Source: Octopus bimaculoides (Eukaryota). Taken from it: a DNA stretch of 39,287 nt. The position numbers and the translations under genes are program-made. The notes beneath the pieces are model-generated. The model ran no database searches and was not told the origin of the DNA. It was given only the letters and a program-made list of their open reading frames with translations. Positions 22,296 to 34,140 of this stretch are shown here, piece after piece. Where the stretch lies: positions 10,599,190 through 10,638,476 of the forward strand of contig NC_069008.1 of assembly GCF_001194135.2 (NCBI RefSeq), given 5' to 3'. How positions within the stretch are numbered: the first letter of the stretch is position 1; each line of letters starts with the position of its first letter.

Positions 22296-25215
22296 TTTCA
22301 GTTGTAGGACTGCAACCATGGTGGAGCATCACTTTAATTTATTTTCTATCGGCATTGTTGTCACTTTATGGCTAGAAGTTGGTCTGTGATTGAACTGGTC
22401 GCAGCTGATCTCCTCTCAGCACATCCATCAATGGCTGCCTGGCCCGGTATAATTGTTAAGAGTTTATCCAATGTCTTTTTGTTTAATGTTTCAGTAGAGG
22501 TTCCTTTTATATCTCTGATTACTTTAGGAAGGCAGTTGAACAGTTGAGGACTTCCAAATATCAGACTTGTACAATAAAGTCCCTTTGCTCATGATTTCGA
22601 AGCTGACAGTATCTGACAGTTCATGCATTAAAATTCTCTCTCATGCTGAAGTTTGGAACAGGATGTTCCATATGTTTGTGATAGTATATCTCTCTCTTCA
22701 GCATTCAAGATAGTAGAGATACAACACTTTCAAATATTCCCAATAGTTAAGGCTTGTAACTAAAGATATTTTACTGGTAAACATTCTTTGTAACACTTCA
22801 ATTTCTTCTATGAGACCAAAGCTGTGAGCTGTAATCTAACTTGCTCAGAACTCAGGTTTTCCATAGAGTTAGCCGAACTACTGGTTCTCTTGTCACAGAG
22901 GCTTGTGAATCCATCCTGGGAGATGTCTGCATTTAGAAGTCAGTTTAGTGATGTGGCTAATGAAAGATGCATCATTGCACATGATTACTCCTAAGTTCTG
23001 TATGTCATTTGCACTCTAAATCATTCTGGCATCAAACATTGTGACTCGTGTGTATTCCCTCTGTAATGAAGAACCTGAAATTTTGATGTATTAAATTTCA
23101 TATTGTTTTAATCCACCCATTGATAAATGAGGTTTAGCTCATTTTGGAGTGTGACTGTATTTTCTGGAGTTTGGATAATCATTGATATTTTTGCATCATC
23201 AGTGTAACTCGTTAGCTTGTGATAGGTCGATGATAAATAATAATAGTCCTAGAACCGTTCCTTGAGGCATACCACTTATTACAGGTGACTTTGCAGATAG
23301 AAAACCATTTGCTGCAGCAGATTGGCTCCTACCATGTAGGAAGTCAAAGAGCCACCCTCTGAGTTTTCCTGTAATACCAAGATACCTTAACTTATGACAG
23401 ATGATTCCATGAACAATCTTGATAAATGCTTTAAACTAATCAAAGTATATATAGTCAGTGTCCTTTCCTTTCAAGAGATTATTAAGAACAGTGTTATGGT
23501 GTTGTAATAGTTGTGAAAGGATACTTCATCCAGTCCAAAAACCATGCTGTGTGTCATCTACAAAGTTGTTTAATTCTATTTTGGACAATGCATTTAATTA
23601 TTTCAAATGCATGAAATGTGAGAGAAACAGGTCTGTATCTTTTAGTTTCAGCCCTGTTATCCTCCTTTGTGTATAAATGTTAGTATTGATCTTTCAGTAG
23701 TTCTGAGAATTTGCAGGTATCTAGTAGCTTTTGAAATAATATCTCTAACGGCTTCACAAGACTGTTTTTGCATGTATGGCTGGAAGACTATTTGGTCTAG
23801 ATGCTGTGCTTCAATCTAGGTCATTAGCTGTAAGTATATCATCTTCCATAATATCGTTAATTTTCAGATGTGTCTGCAGTTGAGTCTTGAGGATAAAAAA
23901 ATTCATTTGGCTCATATATTATTTTTCTATCAGCTTTGTTGTCACTTTATGACTGGAAGTTGGTCTGTGATTGAGTTGGTAGTAGCTGATAGCTGATCTC
24001 CTCTGAGTGCATCCTTGAATGGCTGACTGGCCTGGTATTATTGTTAGGAGTTTATCCAATGTACTTTTGGTTGGGAAAATGCAATGTCATAATGTCAACT
24101 CAAGAAGGTACATATTTGTGATGAATCATTTGTATATGATCCATTTTGATCCATTAGAGAGCCAATCTGATTTTGTGTAGCTAATTTTTCTTTAGCAAAG
24201 GTGAAATAGATTTAATATTTTACACTGTTCATTGTTCCCTTTGCTAAATTTCTTTTTCATGAGATAGTTTTAGGTCCAGTTTGATGTTTTTTTTTCTTTT
24301 CAATTGTATCTGCTGAGAGAGTTTTGGTTTTTTAGTTGTTTTGTTGGTTTGGTTCTGTTACACATTAGTATCTGTTTATCTCGTGGAATCAAGTGCTTGT
24401 GAGAATGGGTCAGTTTATATGGGGCATGCCTTCAACAGATCCTGATTCACTCTTCATACGGTAGCTTCATTCCCTTGTTAACATTGGAGTTCCCAATATG
24501 TGGAGACTAGTTTGTTTTGAGGATTTCAGTATCAGCTTCATTCCCCTTGGCCTTCCTGTAATTCAAGTTCATGCAGAATGAGTCATGTTTGATGTTATTT
24601 GTGTGTGTTGCCCTTTTGATAACTGTATAATGTTGTGGTTGGAAATAGCTGTGGGAATGACCTGAGCACAGTGAATGAAGTCTGTATTGGTGGTAAAGAC
24701 AGACTAGGTTGGGTATGTATTTCCCCTAGTTGGATGGGTAATAATTTGTTGCATGAGGAAGTCTTTAGTGGTGTCAAGAAGAGCATTCATATCTCCTCTG
24801 TTCAGTTGTTTAATTTTTGGTTGGATGTAGCCCTCAGGTCGGCTGAAACTAGGAAAATTAAAGTTCTCTGCTAAAAGTACATTGGCCTGTGGTCTGGGCT
24901 CATTTGGGATTTGATTTATGAGCAAGAAAGCATCTTTGAAGTGATCTCCATAGTTAACTGCATCAGCAAGACAGTGGGTAATACCTATGATCAAATTGAG
25001 GTCAATCACATGCATTATTAGTGTATCACACACTGTATTGAAGTTGAAGAGGAGGACATTTGTTGCCAGGTCTTCTTGGATGAAAATCACTATTTCTCCT
25101 TGTTTCCATATTCTGTGGTCAGTTCTGAGTAGTATATAACATGACATATGTAATTCTGCATCCCCTGGTAGCAAAATTGGATGTAAGGGTAGTAGCTATG
25201 TGTATATAGTGGTGT
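22296..25215 (-). mobile_element. CR1-clade LINE (APE, RT and 3' tail), degenerate
   Basis: ORF 24704-25174 is APE-like (LLRTDHRIWKQG, ENFNFP, QQIITHPTRGN). RT motifs: FKAF (~23430), GMPQGTVLG (~23255-23275), YTDD (~23195-23210). C-terminus LDKLLTIIPGQ..TSSITD (~22380-22475). Confidence 0.9.
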
Positions 25216-25384
25216 GGGGCACAATCTAAAGCTGTGGGCGATTGCGGTCAACCATGTGGTTGACAGAATTGATGTGATGGGTGTGGACATGATCAACCAC
25301 CTTGGAGGAGCCAGTGTCAGTGGAGACATAGTTTTATTTGGTGATGAAGGCAGGTAGAGATTGGTGGGGGATTGTACTGCTTAC

Positions 25385-27300
25385 ACCATTTAGGATAAAG
25401 ATTTTTAGGTGGTGTTCAATGGTCAGTGGTGGACGGTAGATGGTGTTGGAAAGAGGAGCCCCCAATGTTGAAGAACAGGTTGAGCTGCTGTCAGTATACC
25501 TTGAAAGGAGATGTCAGGAGTGAGTTTGAAGGAGAGGTAGAAAGATGGATAAAGGAGGATATCCTTATCCCATGGAAGGAGGAAGCGAAGAGCAGAGTAC
25601 TTCCACTAATGGCAGTGGGGCAGCCAACGAAGGACAAGGTCAGTTTGGTACTAGACTTTTGAGAGATGAATGGCTATGTATCATGTGGTGGTGAGGTAAC
25701 TGACATCTGCAGAGAAGCATCGCATGAATGGAGATAGATGACGAGGGTGGCAACAATTGTTGACTTGACGTCAACAAACCTGCAGCTCCATGTGAATGAG
25801 AAACTGTGGCAATATTAGATGGTGTGATACAAGGGCCAGACATACTGCTTGACCAGACTATTTCAGGCTGAATTCTGCACCAAAGATCATGGTGACAGTG
25901 CTCAAATCTATCCCGGGAAAGGTGGACAAGGTAAAAAAGGCCACCACTTCCTATATAGATGACATCCTAGTAGACAAGACTGTTGTGTCTACTGCAAAGG
26001 TCATAAGTCACCTAAAGAGGTTCAGACTGACTGCAAAACTATTATAGCCAATGGTTGGAGGAGCTGCACTGGGGTTCAAGCTTCAAAGAGGCAAAACAGG
26101 TGTATTAGCGTTTTGAAGATGAAATGAGATTCTGGAGTTTTGTACCAGCATCAACAGATGAGAACTATTCTTGATGTGTGGGAGACTAGTGGGTCACTAT
26201 TCAATCTCAGGGTGACTTTGACCAGCATGCAGCTACATCAAGAGACAAGCTGGGGCAAGCTAGGGCAAGCTAGGGCAAGCTAGGGCAAGCTGGGGACACA
26301 AAGTGGAAGAGAGGATGGTGGTGATAATGCAGGAGATCCTAGAGAGGGTAAGAGCAGAAGACCCAGTATGAAGAAGCTTATAAGTGCTCAAATTGAAGAA
26401 TAGGACTATATAGTGCAATGCTAGCAGCATAGCGATACGGGTTGTCCTGGAAATTGGAGGTGTTGGAGTGGAGGATGCAGCCTGGCTCCAAAAAGCAGAT
26501 GATTACAACCACATCAACATGGCTGAGTTGGATGCACTGCTGAAGAGGGTGAATCTGGCCCTGAGATGGGGGCTGCACTCTATTGAAATCTGAACTGTTT
26601 CAGCTACTGTGCTTGGGTGGGCAGGATCAGTGATCCCTAATGAAAAGAGAGTTTGAACCAAAGGGTCTGCAGAGATGTTAGTAAAGTGCTGTCGAGGGGT
26701 TTTGGGAGAGCTGGCTGCCGAATTTGGTTTGAAGCATCTCACTAATGGAAGCGGTATTTTAGTACAGTATATCACACCGATCAGGACAGGCTGACGAATC
26801 TGTGCCACGCATAGTGATATTCAGGTATAAATGGTGGCAGAATGCCTTGTGGAAGAGAGAAGACTTGCATTTGTGCAGGTAGATGAAGTCTGGGTCAAGC
26901 CCCCAAAGGCATGCTGCATATCTGAGTAGAACAGAGGAACAGTGACGGCTGTTAATTCCAAAAATAATGTTTCTGTGGATGGAATGCCATGTCACATCTT
27001 GGATGTTTGTCAGATGGCAAAGGTAGAGGAGAGGAAGTGAGTGGCACTCCATCCTTGCAGAGATCACAGTGAGTGAGACATCCACCTGGGTGGATGATAG
27101 ATTTCAACATGGACTGAAGTGAGGAGGTGATCTTTGAGATCAGAGGTGCTTGTGGGGATGAGGTGAACTGGAAAGAAAGGGCAGTGATGTCAACAGCCAA
27201 AGGACCCCACTGGAAGAGGAAGTGGGAGTGACAAAGTGAGGGAAGTAGGACCAGTGTGGTCCTCTTTGGTCTTGAGGCAGTCATGGTGAACAGACACCTG
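25385..27300 (+). mobile_element. Gypsy-like LTR retrotransposon pol remnant (RT - RNase H - partial integrase); no LTRs seen
   Basis: PLMAVGQPTKDKVSLVLDF (ORF 25426), SYIDDILVD (~25950-25975), EDAAWLQKADDYNHINMAELDA (~26470-26540), then EVWVKPP..NNVSVDGMPCHILD (~26885-27005). The integrase core is deleted. Confidence 0.82.
26246..26295. repeat. 10-bp tandem repeat caagct(a/g)ggg, 5 copies, within the pol remnant
   Basis: Direct reading of the sequence. Confidence 0.95.
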
Positions 27301-28759
27301 TGGACACATGGGTGAGACAGGGCTTTAGCAGTAGTTACTAGTGATAGGTGAAATGAGTAGGGCATGTCTTGGATTTAACACAGCTGGACAACTGACACTG
27401 AGAAGCAGATGAACCGTATTTTGTTCCTCACATTACAGTTCCCTCATCCTACAAACTCAATAATTACTTTCCTAGCTACCTTGCCTAATTAATTGTAATG
27501 AAAAGATAAGAGCTTTGTTGAGGAGAATGGAAGTAATAGATGAGTAATAGTGTGAGGTATCTATTCGCATAAATTTAGTAAGTTTTATATTTTTATGTCC
27601 TTAAACCAATTGATTACTTTGAAGGAGGATTATGACTACAAATTTAGTACAGATTTCCCTATAAGCACAGGTATAATATGACCAATAATTTGTTAGCTTA
27701 TTCTACCTGTCTGACATAGATGGGCATATGAACCTGCTCACAAAATTAGCTTTGTGATCTTTAAAGTTTATGTGAGTTGTTTTAGGCAAATAAAGCTCTG
27801 TTCTATTCCCCAACTTAAGTCCACTAATGATATTTCCTAACGTTATACAGATTAGAAATAGAAGTTCATTTATAGTCTTTGTGAAGTTCCTTATTTATAA
27901 GAGTTCTGTAAGAGTCAAAAGCAAGGTTGTTTAAGCTACTAGTTTTGTTCATGTTCACAAGAATTTCAGATTTCTGATTACGTCTTTTATATGGTATGCA
28001 ATTTTCTCAAGTGTTCAATGTATTTTATTGAGTAGTGATTGAATTTTATGCTTTGATGTTTAACAGATCCTCTTCAAAATCTACAAGGTATGGGGCTATC
28101 TGATGGGTTTCTGCAGGATTTAAACACTCACATCAGGTTCTGATTTTTATTGACTAATCTATCATTTAGCTATGTATGATCAAAATAATAGGCTCTCCAA
28201 TGCATAAGACTTATGAAGGTCTAAGTATTCTTTCCTAGATGGAGCAGAGAAGTCCTTTGGATAGCTAACTGTTCCATTAACTTATTGATTAATTGATTAA
28301 TTAATCAATTGATTATGCATACAAACCATTGTGTGATATTCTTCAACCCATTCAAAACGTTTGTAAGTGAATGAAGTTATCTAACCTTATAATTCTTCAT
28401 TCTTTATCTGATTGCTATTATACACTGTGATTAATGTACCAACAATTAATTGGTGAATAACCTTGGATTTACAGTTTGTGCCTGTTGACCAGCATATTTA
28501 AACTATATGGATGTGTATAATCCTGAATGGACATTCTGGTAGCCAGGTTTATTGTATGGACTACTAATCGAAGTATTCATCTGGATTCCTTCAATCCTAT
28601 TTTCATTTTATTACACACACACACACACACGCACCACACACACATACAGACACACGCACATTTAAAACAACTGGATCAAACTATTTTAAATAATACATAT
28701 AATTCCTACTAAATGTGTTTGTTGGGTGTCCTTTTCTTTCATTTGTCCTATCATCATCA

Positions 28760-28810
<51 letters not shown>

Positions 28811-28841
28811 NNNNNNNNNNNNNNNNNNNNNNNNNNNNNNN

Positions 28842-28894
<53 letters not shown>

Positions 28895-28914
28895 CATACA
28901 CATATATAATTCTT

Positions 28915-30320
28915 TTATTCTTTTTAGTCATTTGACTGCAGCTTTGTTGGAGCACCACCTTGAGGGATTCTTATTCTTTGTAAGTCTTGTATTAGGTTGT
29001 CAGGTATGAAATTTGTAGAAAAGAAAAAAAATAGTTTGCTAATGTTTTATAAATATAAGGAATAGTTTTATTCATTAAAGTATGCCTCCATATTGTCAAT
29101 ACACTTTTGTCATTTCAGTGGTAGCTTGTCCACCTTGGAACTGTAAAAGCCTGGCAATTTAGAGTTACTATAATCTTGCAAGGCCTGTTTTACAGTATTT
29201 TCGGAATTAAATTTTTTCCTATCAAAAAATTATCCAAATTCTGGAAGAAGTGGTAGTCAGTGGGGGCAAGATCAGGTGAGTATGGTGGATCATGAAGAAC
29301 TTCCAACTCCAACTCCTGTAGTTTCACCAATGTCATTTTTATATGTATGGTCTGGCATTGTCTTAGAATAAAATAGGAGTGGATCTGTTGACCAATCTAG
29401 GCTGTTTTTTTTATGTAAGTTTCAGCATCATTTGGTCCAGTTGGCTGCAGTATACTTTGGCTGTGATTGATGAGCCAGGTTTAATGAAATCATAATGAAT
29501 CACACCTACACCAGACCACCAAACACACACCATCAACTCGTCTTTATCCAACCATTGTAGTGAATGTTTACAGTTGTTGTATAGGATCCATTTCTCATCA
29601 CATGTTACAATTCGATTAAAAAATGATTCATTTTTGTGACAAGGATGTAGTATAATCCAGGCTTCCAAATGTTGCTGTGTCTGATTTTCATTGAGTTCAT
29701 GTGGAACCCACTTATCCAAATTTTTCACTTTACTGATTTGAGTCAATATTGTTTGCTTGCTAACACCAAACAACAACAACAATAATTCAGAGGCACTTTG
29801 AGATGGATCTGACTTGACGGTGGCTTTCGGTTCGTCATTATCCACCTTTGTTTCTGGTTGACCGTGTTGCTCATTTGTGTGGTCAAAGTTACCAGAATAA
29901 AATTTTGCAAACCAATTTAATACTGTCTGTTGTGCAATAACATTAGAATGAAATATTCCATTAATGTTTTGAGCTGTCTGTGATGCTATATTTCCAAGAA
30001 ATAACTCCTATTTCAAAACTGTACGAATTTCAGACCTATCAATCTCTAAACAAAAATAGCAAAAACCAATTTATGAATACTTTATAAAGTGCAAAATGAG
30101 TTAGAATAAAGAAATAGATGTGTTAGCTTTCTAACAAAACATAAAGATTGTCAAAATATAATAATGGCAGAAAATGAGCAGCTGTCAAAGTTTACCACAT
30201 ACCTTACTATAAATTTCATACTTGACGACCTAATACTTATTTTATCGGTCTCTTTTACCAAACTTCTAAGTTACAGGAACATAAACACACCAGCATCGGT
30301 TTTCAAGCGATGGCAGGGGG
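28915..30320 (-). mobile_element. SINE with CR1-like tail, split by the mariner (28915-28991 and 30234-30320)
   Basis: The joined flanks are collinear with the intact copy at 39020-39215. Confidence 0.75.
28992..30233 (-). mobile_element. Full-span mariner transposon (1242 bp, inactive), inserted into a SINE
   Basis: 27-bp TIRs ttaggttgtcaggtatgaaatttgtag and ctataaatttcatacttgacgacctaa. TA at 28990-28991 and 30234-30235. Motifs WVPHEL and VTCDEKW (ORF 29411-29845), and PPYSPDLAPTDYHFF (~29240-29290). Confidence 0.95.
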
Positions 30321-30328
30321 ACAAATAG

Positions 30329-30374
<46 letters not shown>

Positions 30375-30375
<1 letters not shown>

Positions 30376-30522
30376 ACGGGCTTCTTTCAGTTTCCATCTA
30401 TCAAATCCACTCACAAGCCCCAATGTATAGTAGAAGACACTTACCCAAGATGCTACACAGTAGGACTGAATCTGGAACCACGTGGTTGGGAAGCCAGCTT
30501 CTTACCACACAGCCATGCCTGT
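30375..30522 (-). mobile_element. SINE copy
   Basis: Homologous to 21901-22058. Confidence 0.85.
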
Positions 30523-31061
30523 GCCTTTATATATATATATATGTATATATATAAAGAATAAAACAAATGGGGTTTGAATTTTGCTAGAGTTGTTTTGATA
30601 GGATTTTATTGATGCGTTCGTAGATTACTTCAAAGCATAGATCTACCATCCTTAGGTAAAATTTAAATAGGTATAAATATCGATGATTACCTATTCAACA
30701 ATCAGCATGATGAGTAAGTGATATTTTAAAAAGAATAATCAAATTTATAGAGAAAGCAAAGCAATATTAACAGACTTTCTAAGAACATATAAGGTCAAAC
30801 CTGCCCTATTTTTCAAGCAGTTATCTGAATTAGTTTATAGCATGAACCACTCTGAAGTGGTGTCAGAAAGTAGGCTGGTCAGTCAAAACATTTCTGAGAA
30901 GATATCTTGTGGATTAATTGAAATAAAACAGCAATCTTTTGGGTTGCAGCACTACATGAAATTGTCATCGCCATTCCATGCCAGTACCCCCACCCCACAT
31001 ATAGACATATATACTTGCATACAATTATACATAAGTATATATATATATATATCATCATCAT

Positions 31062-31510
31062 CATCATCATCATCGTTTAACGTCTGCTTTCCATGCTAGC
31101 ATGGGTTGGATGATTTGACTGAGGACTGGCAAGCCAGTAGGCTGCACCAGGCTCCAATCTGATCTGGTAGAGTTTCTACACCTGGATGCCCTTCCTAATG
31201 CCAAGTATAATGGGTGCTTTTACGAGCCACCGGCACAAGGGCCAGTCAGGCGGTACTGGCAACGACCATGTTCAAAATGGTGTTTTTTACATGCCACCTG
31301 CACAGGAGCCAGTCCAGCAGCACTGGCAACGACCTCACTCGAATGATTTTCTAACATGCCACTGGCACAAGTGCCAGTAAGGTGATGTTGGTAGATAATG
31401 CTCAAATGGTGCTATTTACATGCTACTAGCATGGAAGCCAGACAGCTGCTCTGGCAATGATCACACTCGGACAGTGCTATTAGTGCTCCACTGGCACAGG
31501 TGCCGGTCAT
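31062..31510 (-). mobile_element. RTE-tail SINE-like repeat with internal gccactggcac subrepeats and (cat)n tail
   Basis: catcatcgtttaacgtctgctttccatgctagcatgggttgg is the reverse of the tail at 15470-15505. Confidence 0.75.
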
Positions 31511-31548
31511 CGAATATGGTTCATTGAATATGGTCGAATATGGTTAGC

Positions 31549-31647
31549 TACCTCTGATGAGTGTAGGGTTATATAATCGGATTGTTACCTAATACTCCAT
31601 TGTACCCTTAGTGTGAAACTGATTGGTAAGATCAGCCATGATGGGTA
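31549..31647 (+). ncRNA. Degenerate type I hammerhead-like motif with long stem II
   Basis: CTGATGA at 31554-31560 and GAAA at 31615-31618. Stem III ctgat/atcag has 5 bp. Stem II core aggg/ccct. The cleavage triplet reads GCC rather than GTC. Confidence 0.5.
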
Positions 31648-31741
31648 TATAATACTGTACACTTTGGATAACATATCTATATGCGTGTATGTATGTATGT
31701 ATGTATATATATATATATATATATATATNNNNNNNNNNGTC

Positions 31742-31792
<51 letters not shown>

Positions 31793-31989
31793 ATACTGAC
31801 ATGGACTGGGGATGACAATTTTGCAACTCCTATGTTTTCTATTTAATTTCAATCAAGGAAATATCTTCTCAGAAATGTTTTGGATGATGAGCTGGCACCT
31901 CTTCACAATGGGTCACAGTTATAAACTGCTTGAAAAATAGGGCTGGTTTGACTTCTTTGCTCCTAGAATATCCGTTATACTTCTCTGAT

Positions 31990-32143
31990 TTTTCCATAAA
32001 GGCCAATACAATACCAGCACTTGTACAGTGGAGGACATAGAAACCAAAAGCAACAAGTACACAAGGAAGTGGTTTGGTGTCCCACCAGGTATTGCTGATG
32101 TTGTACTCTCCTGTTACCAGGCCACGCTGAAGCTACCTCTCAA
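31990..32143 (+). mobile_element. R2/Hero-like non-LTR retrotransposon fragment
   Basis: TVEDIETKSNKYTRKWFGVPPGIADVVLSCYQATLKLPLK resembles the post-RT region of Hero-clade elements as I recall it. Confidence 0.6.
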
Positions 32144-32440
32144 GTTTGCCACATCTTCACCAAACACATTGATATTTCAAGCTGTCTGGGATGCATTGAT
32201 TCCATGACAGAACTCATATTTAGAAACAACACAAATCTTTGATCTATCCATGGGTTCACAAAAATTGATTTACAAGAGAAAACTCCCAATATAATCAGAC
32301 ACCATGAATTGCATTTTGAAAAGTGATGATGTAACTCTTCAATGTTGTAAAGCAAAGAATTGTCAGGATAAAACATTAGAGTTAACGTCTGTTAAACTTG
32401 GTGCATAAGAAAATCAGACATTTCGTTTTTAATGACCTGA
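32144..32440 (-). mobile_element. Mariner 5' end fragment (TIR, 5' UTR and N-terminus)
   Basis: TA followed by tcaggtcattaaaaacgaaatgtctgatttt at 32442-32410. ATG at 32251 starts MDRSKICVVSKYEFCHGINASQTA*NINVFGEDVAN. Confidence 0.75.
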
Positions 32441-32844
32441 TATGTTAACTTCATGAGGAGGTAATTCAGTTGATCAGACAACTAAATACTTATCAGTGAA
32501 ACTGATGGTGATCTACATACACACACACATACAAACACGGACGATTTTAGCCCGAAGGATAGTCTGAAATCACAAGGCAAGATATATAAATTTGCCAGTT
32601 TATTGTGTTTTCACAGCATGAAACTATTAGTAGTTTGTATTTACTATGTATATTAAATGATATATATATATATATATATATATATCTGTTCTAGTATAAT
32701 TAAATTCTATGTCTTTGTGCAGCTGAAGATTGCTCTGCATTTTAAATTGATGTAATGATTGCATTGTTCAATTAAATGGAGTTACATGAAACGATCATAC
32801 TGCATTACCTCTGGATATCCTTGTTGCTTATTTTGATATATATA

Positions 32845-33337
32845 NNNNNNNNNNNNNNNNNNNNNNNNNNNNNNNNNNNNNNNNNNNNNNNNNNNNNNNN
32901 NNNNNNNNNNNNNNNNNNNNNNNNNNNNNNNNNNNNNNNNNNNNNNNNNNNNNNNNNNNNNNNNNNNNNNNNNNNNNNNNNNNNNNNNNNNNNNNNNNNN
33001 NNNNNNNNNNNNNNNNNNNNNNNNNNNNNNNNNNNNNNNNNNNNNNNNNNNNNNNNNNNNNNNNNNNNNNNNNNNNNNNNNNNNNNNNNNNNNNNNNNNN
33101 NNNNNNNNNNNNNNNNNNNNNNNNNNNNNNNNNNNNNNNNNNNNNNNNNNNNNNNNNNNNNNNNNNNNNNNNNNNNNNNNNNNNNNNNNNNNNNNNNNNN
33201 NNNNNNNNNNNNNNNNNNNNNNNNNNNNNNNNNNNNNNNNNNNNNNNNNNNNNNNNNNNNNNNNNNNNNNNNNNNNNNNNNNNNNNNNNNNNNNNNNNNN
33301 NNNNNNNNNNNNNNNNNNNNNNNNNNNNNNNNNNNNN
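32845..33337. other. Assembly gap (N run) inside (TA)n
   Basis: Direct reading. Other gaps at 18735-18834, 19194-19203, 28811-28841 and 31729-31738, mostly adjacent to microsatellites. Confidence 0.99.
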
Positions 33338-33384
<47 letters not shown>

Positions 33385-33543
33385 CATGTATATATATGTG
33401 TGTATGTGTATATATATGTATATATATATATGTGTGTATGTATATGTATATATATATGTGTGTATATGTATATATATGTGTGTATGTATATATATATGTA
33501 TATATGTGTGTGTATATATATATGTGTGTATATATATGTGTGT

Positions 33544-33928
33544 GGAGGCGCAATGGCCCAGTGGTTAGGGCAGCAGAGTTGCGGTCGTAGGATCGCGGTT
33601 TCGATTCCCAGACCGGGCGTTGTGAATGTTTATTGAGCGAAAACACCTAAAGCTCCACGAGGCTCCGGCAAGGGATGGTGGCGAACCCTGCTGTACTCTT
33701 TCACCACAACTTTCTCTCACTCTTACTTCCTGTTTCTGTGGGCCTGTAATTCAAAGGGTCAGCCTTGTCACACTGTGTCACGCTGAATCTCCCTGAGAAC
33801 TACGTTAAGGGTACACGTGTCTGTGGAGTGCTCAGCCACTTGCACGTTAATTTCATGAGCAGGCTGTTTTGTTGATCAGATCGACTGGAACCCTCGACGT
33901 CGTAAGCGACGGAGTGCCAACAACAACA
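33544..33928 (+). mobile_element. Young full-length tRNA-derived SINE
   Basis: A box tggcccagtgg (33554-33564), B box ggtttcgattccc (33597-33609), many CpGs retained, (caa)n tail. Confidence 0.88.
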
Positions 33929-34140
33929 TTTTGTGATAGTGATGGTAGAATATTAGGGATTCAAGACTAGTGTGTGTGTGTGTGTGTGTATTGTTCATAG
34001 ATATCTTTTTGCTGAGAGCAAGGAATAAATTCAGGCAATTTAAATTTTAGCAACAACAATCTATTCATTGTAAAATGCTACAACATTCTGGTATGTAAGC
34101 TTACAAACTCTGAGTGTGTGAATTCATTACCAAATGGTAC

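Noticed and set aside
31800-32480. Long minus-strand frame (LSDQL..MCLVKMWQT, includes ORF 32140-32376) with an apparent GTTTG target duplication at 31946 and 32144
   Set aside because: Another frame of the same DNA is a clear mariner N-terminus with a TIR, so the long frame and the 5-bp repeat are most likely coincidental.
33544-33615. tRNA gene
   Set aside because: It has A and B boxes but no complete cloverleaf, and it continues into a ~300-bp SINE body and tail.
32776-33646. Long ORFs of 200-286 aa, and similar YI/HT/CV-rich ORFs elsewhere
   Set aside because: Artefacts of N gaps and dinucleotide microsatellites.
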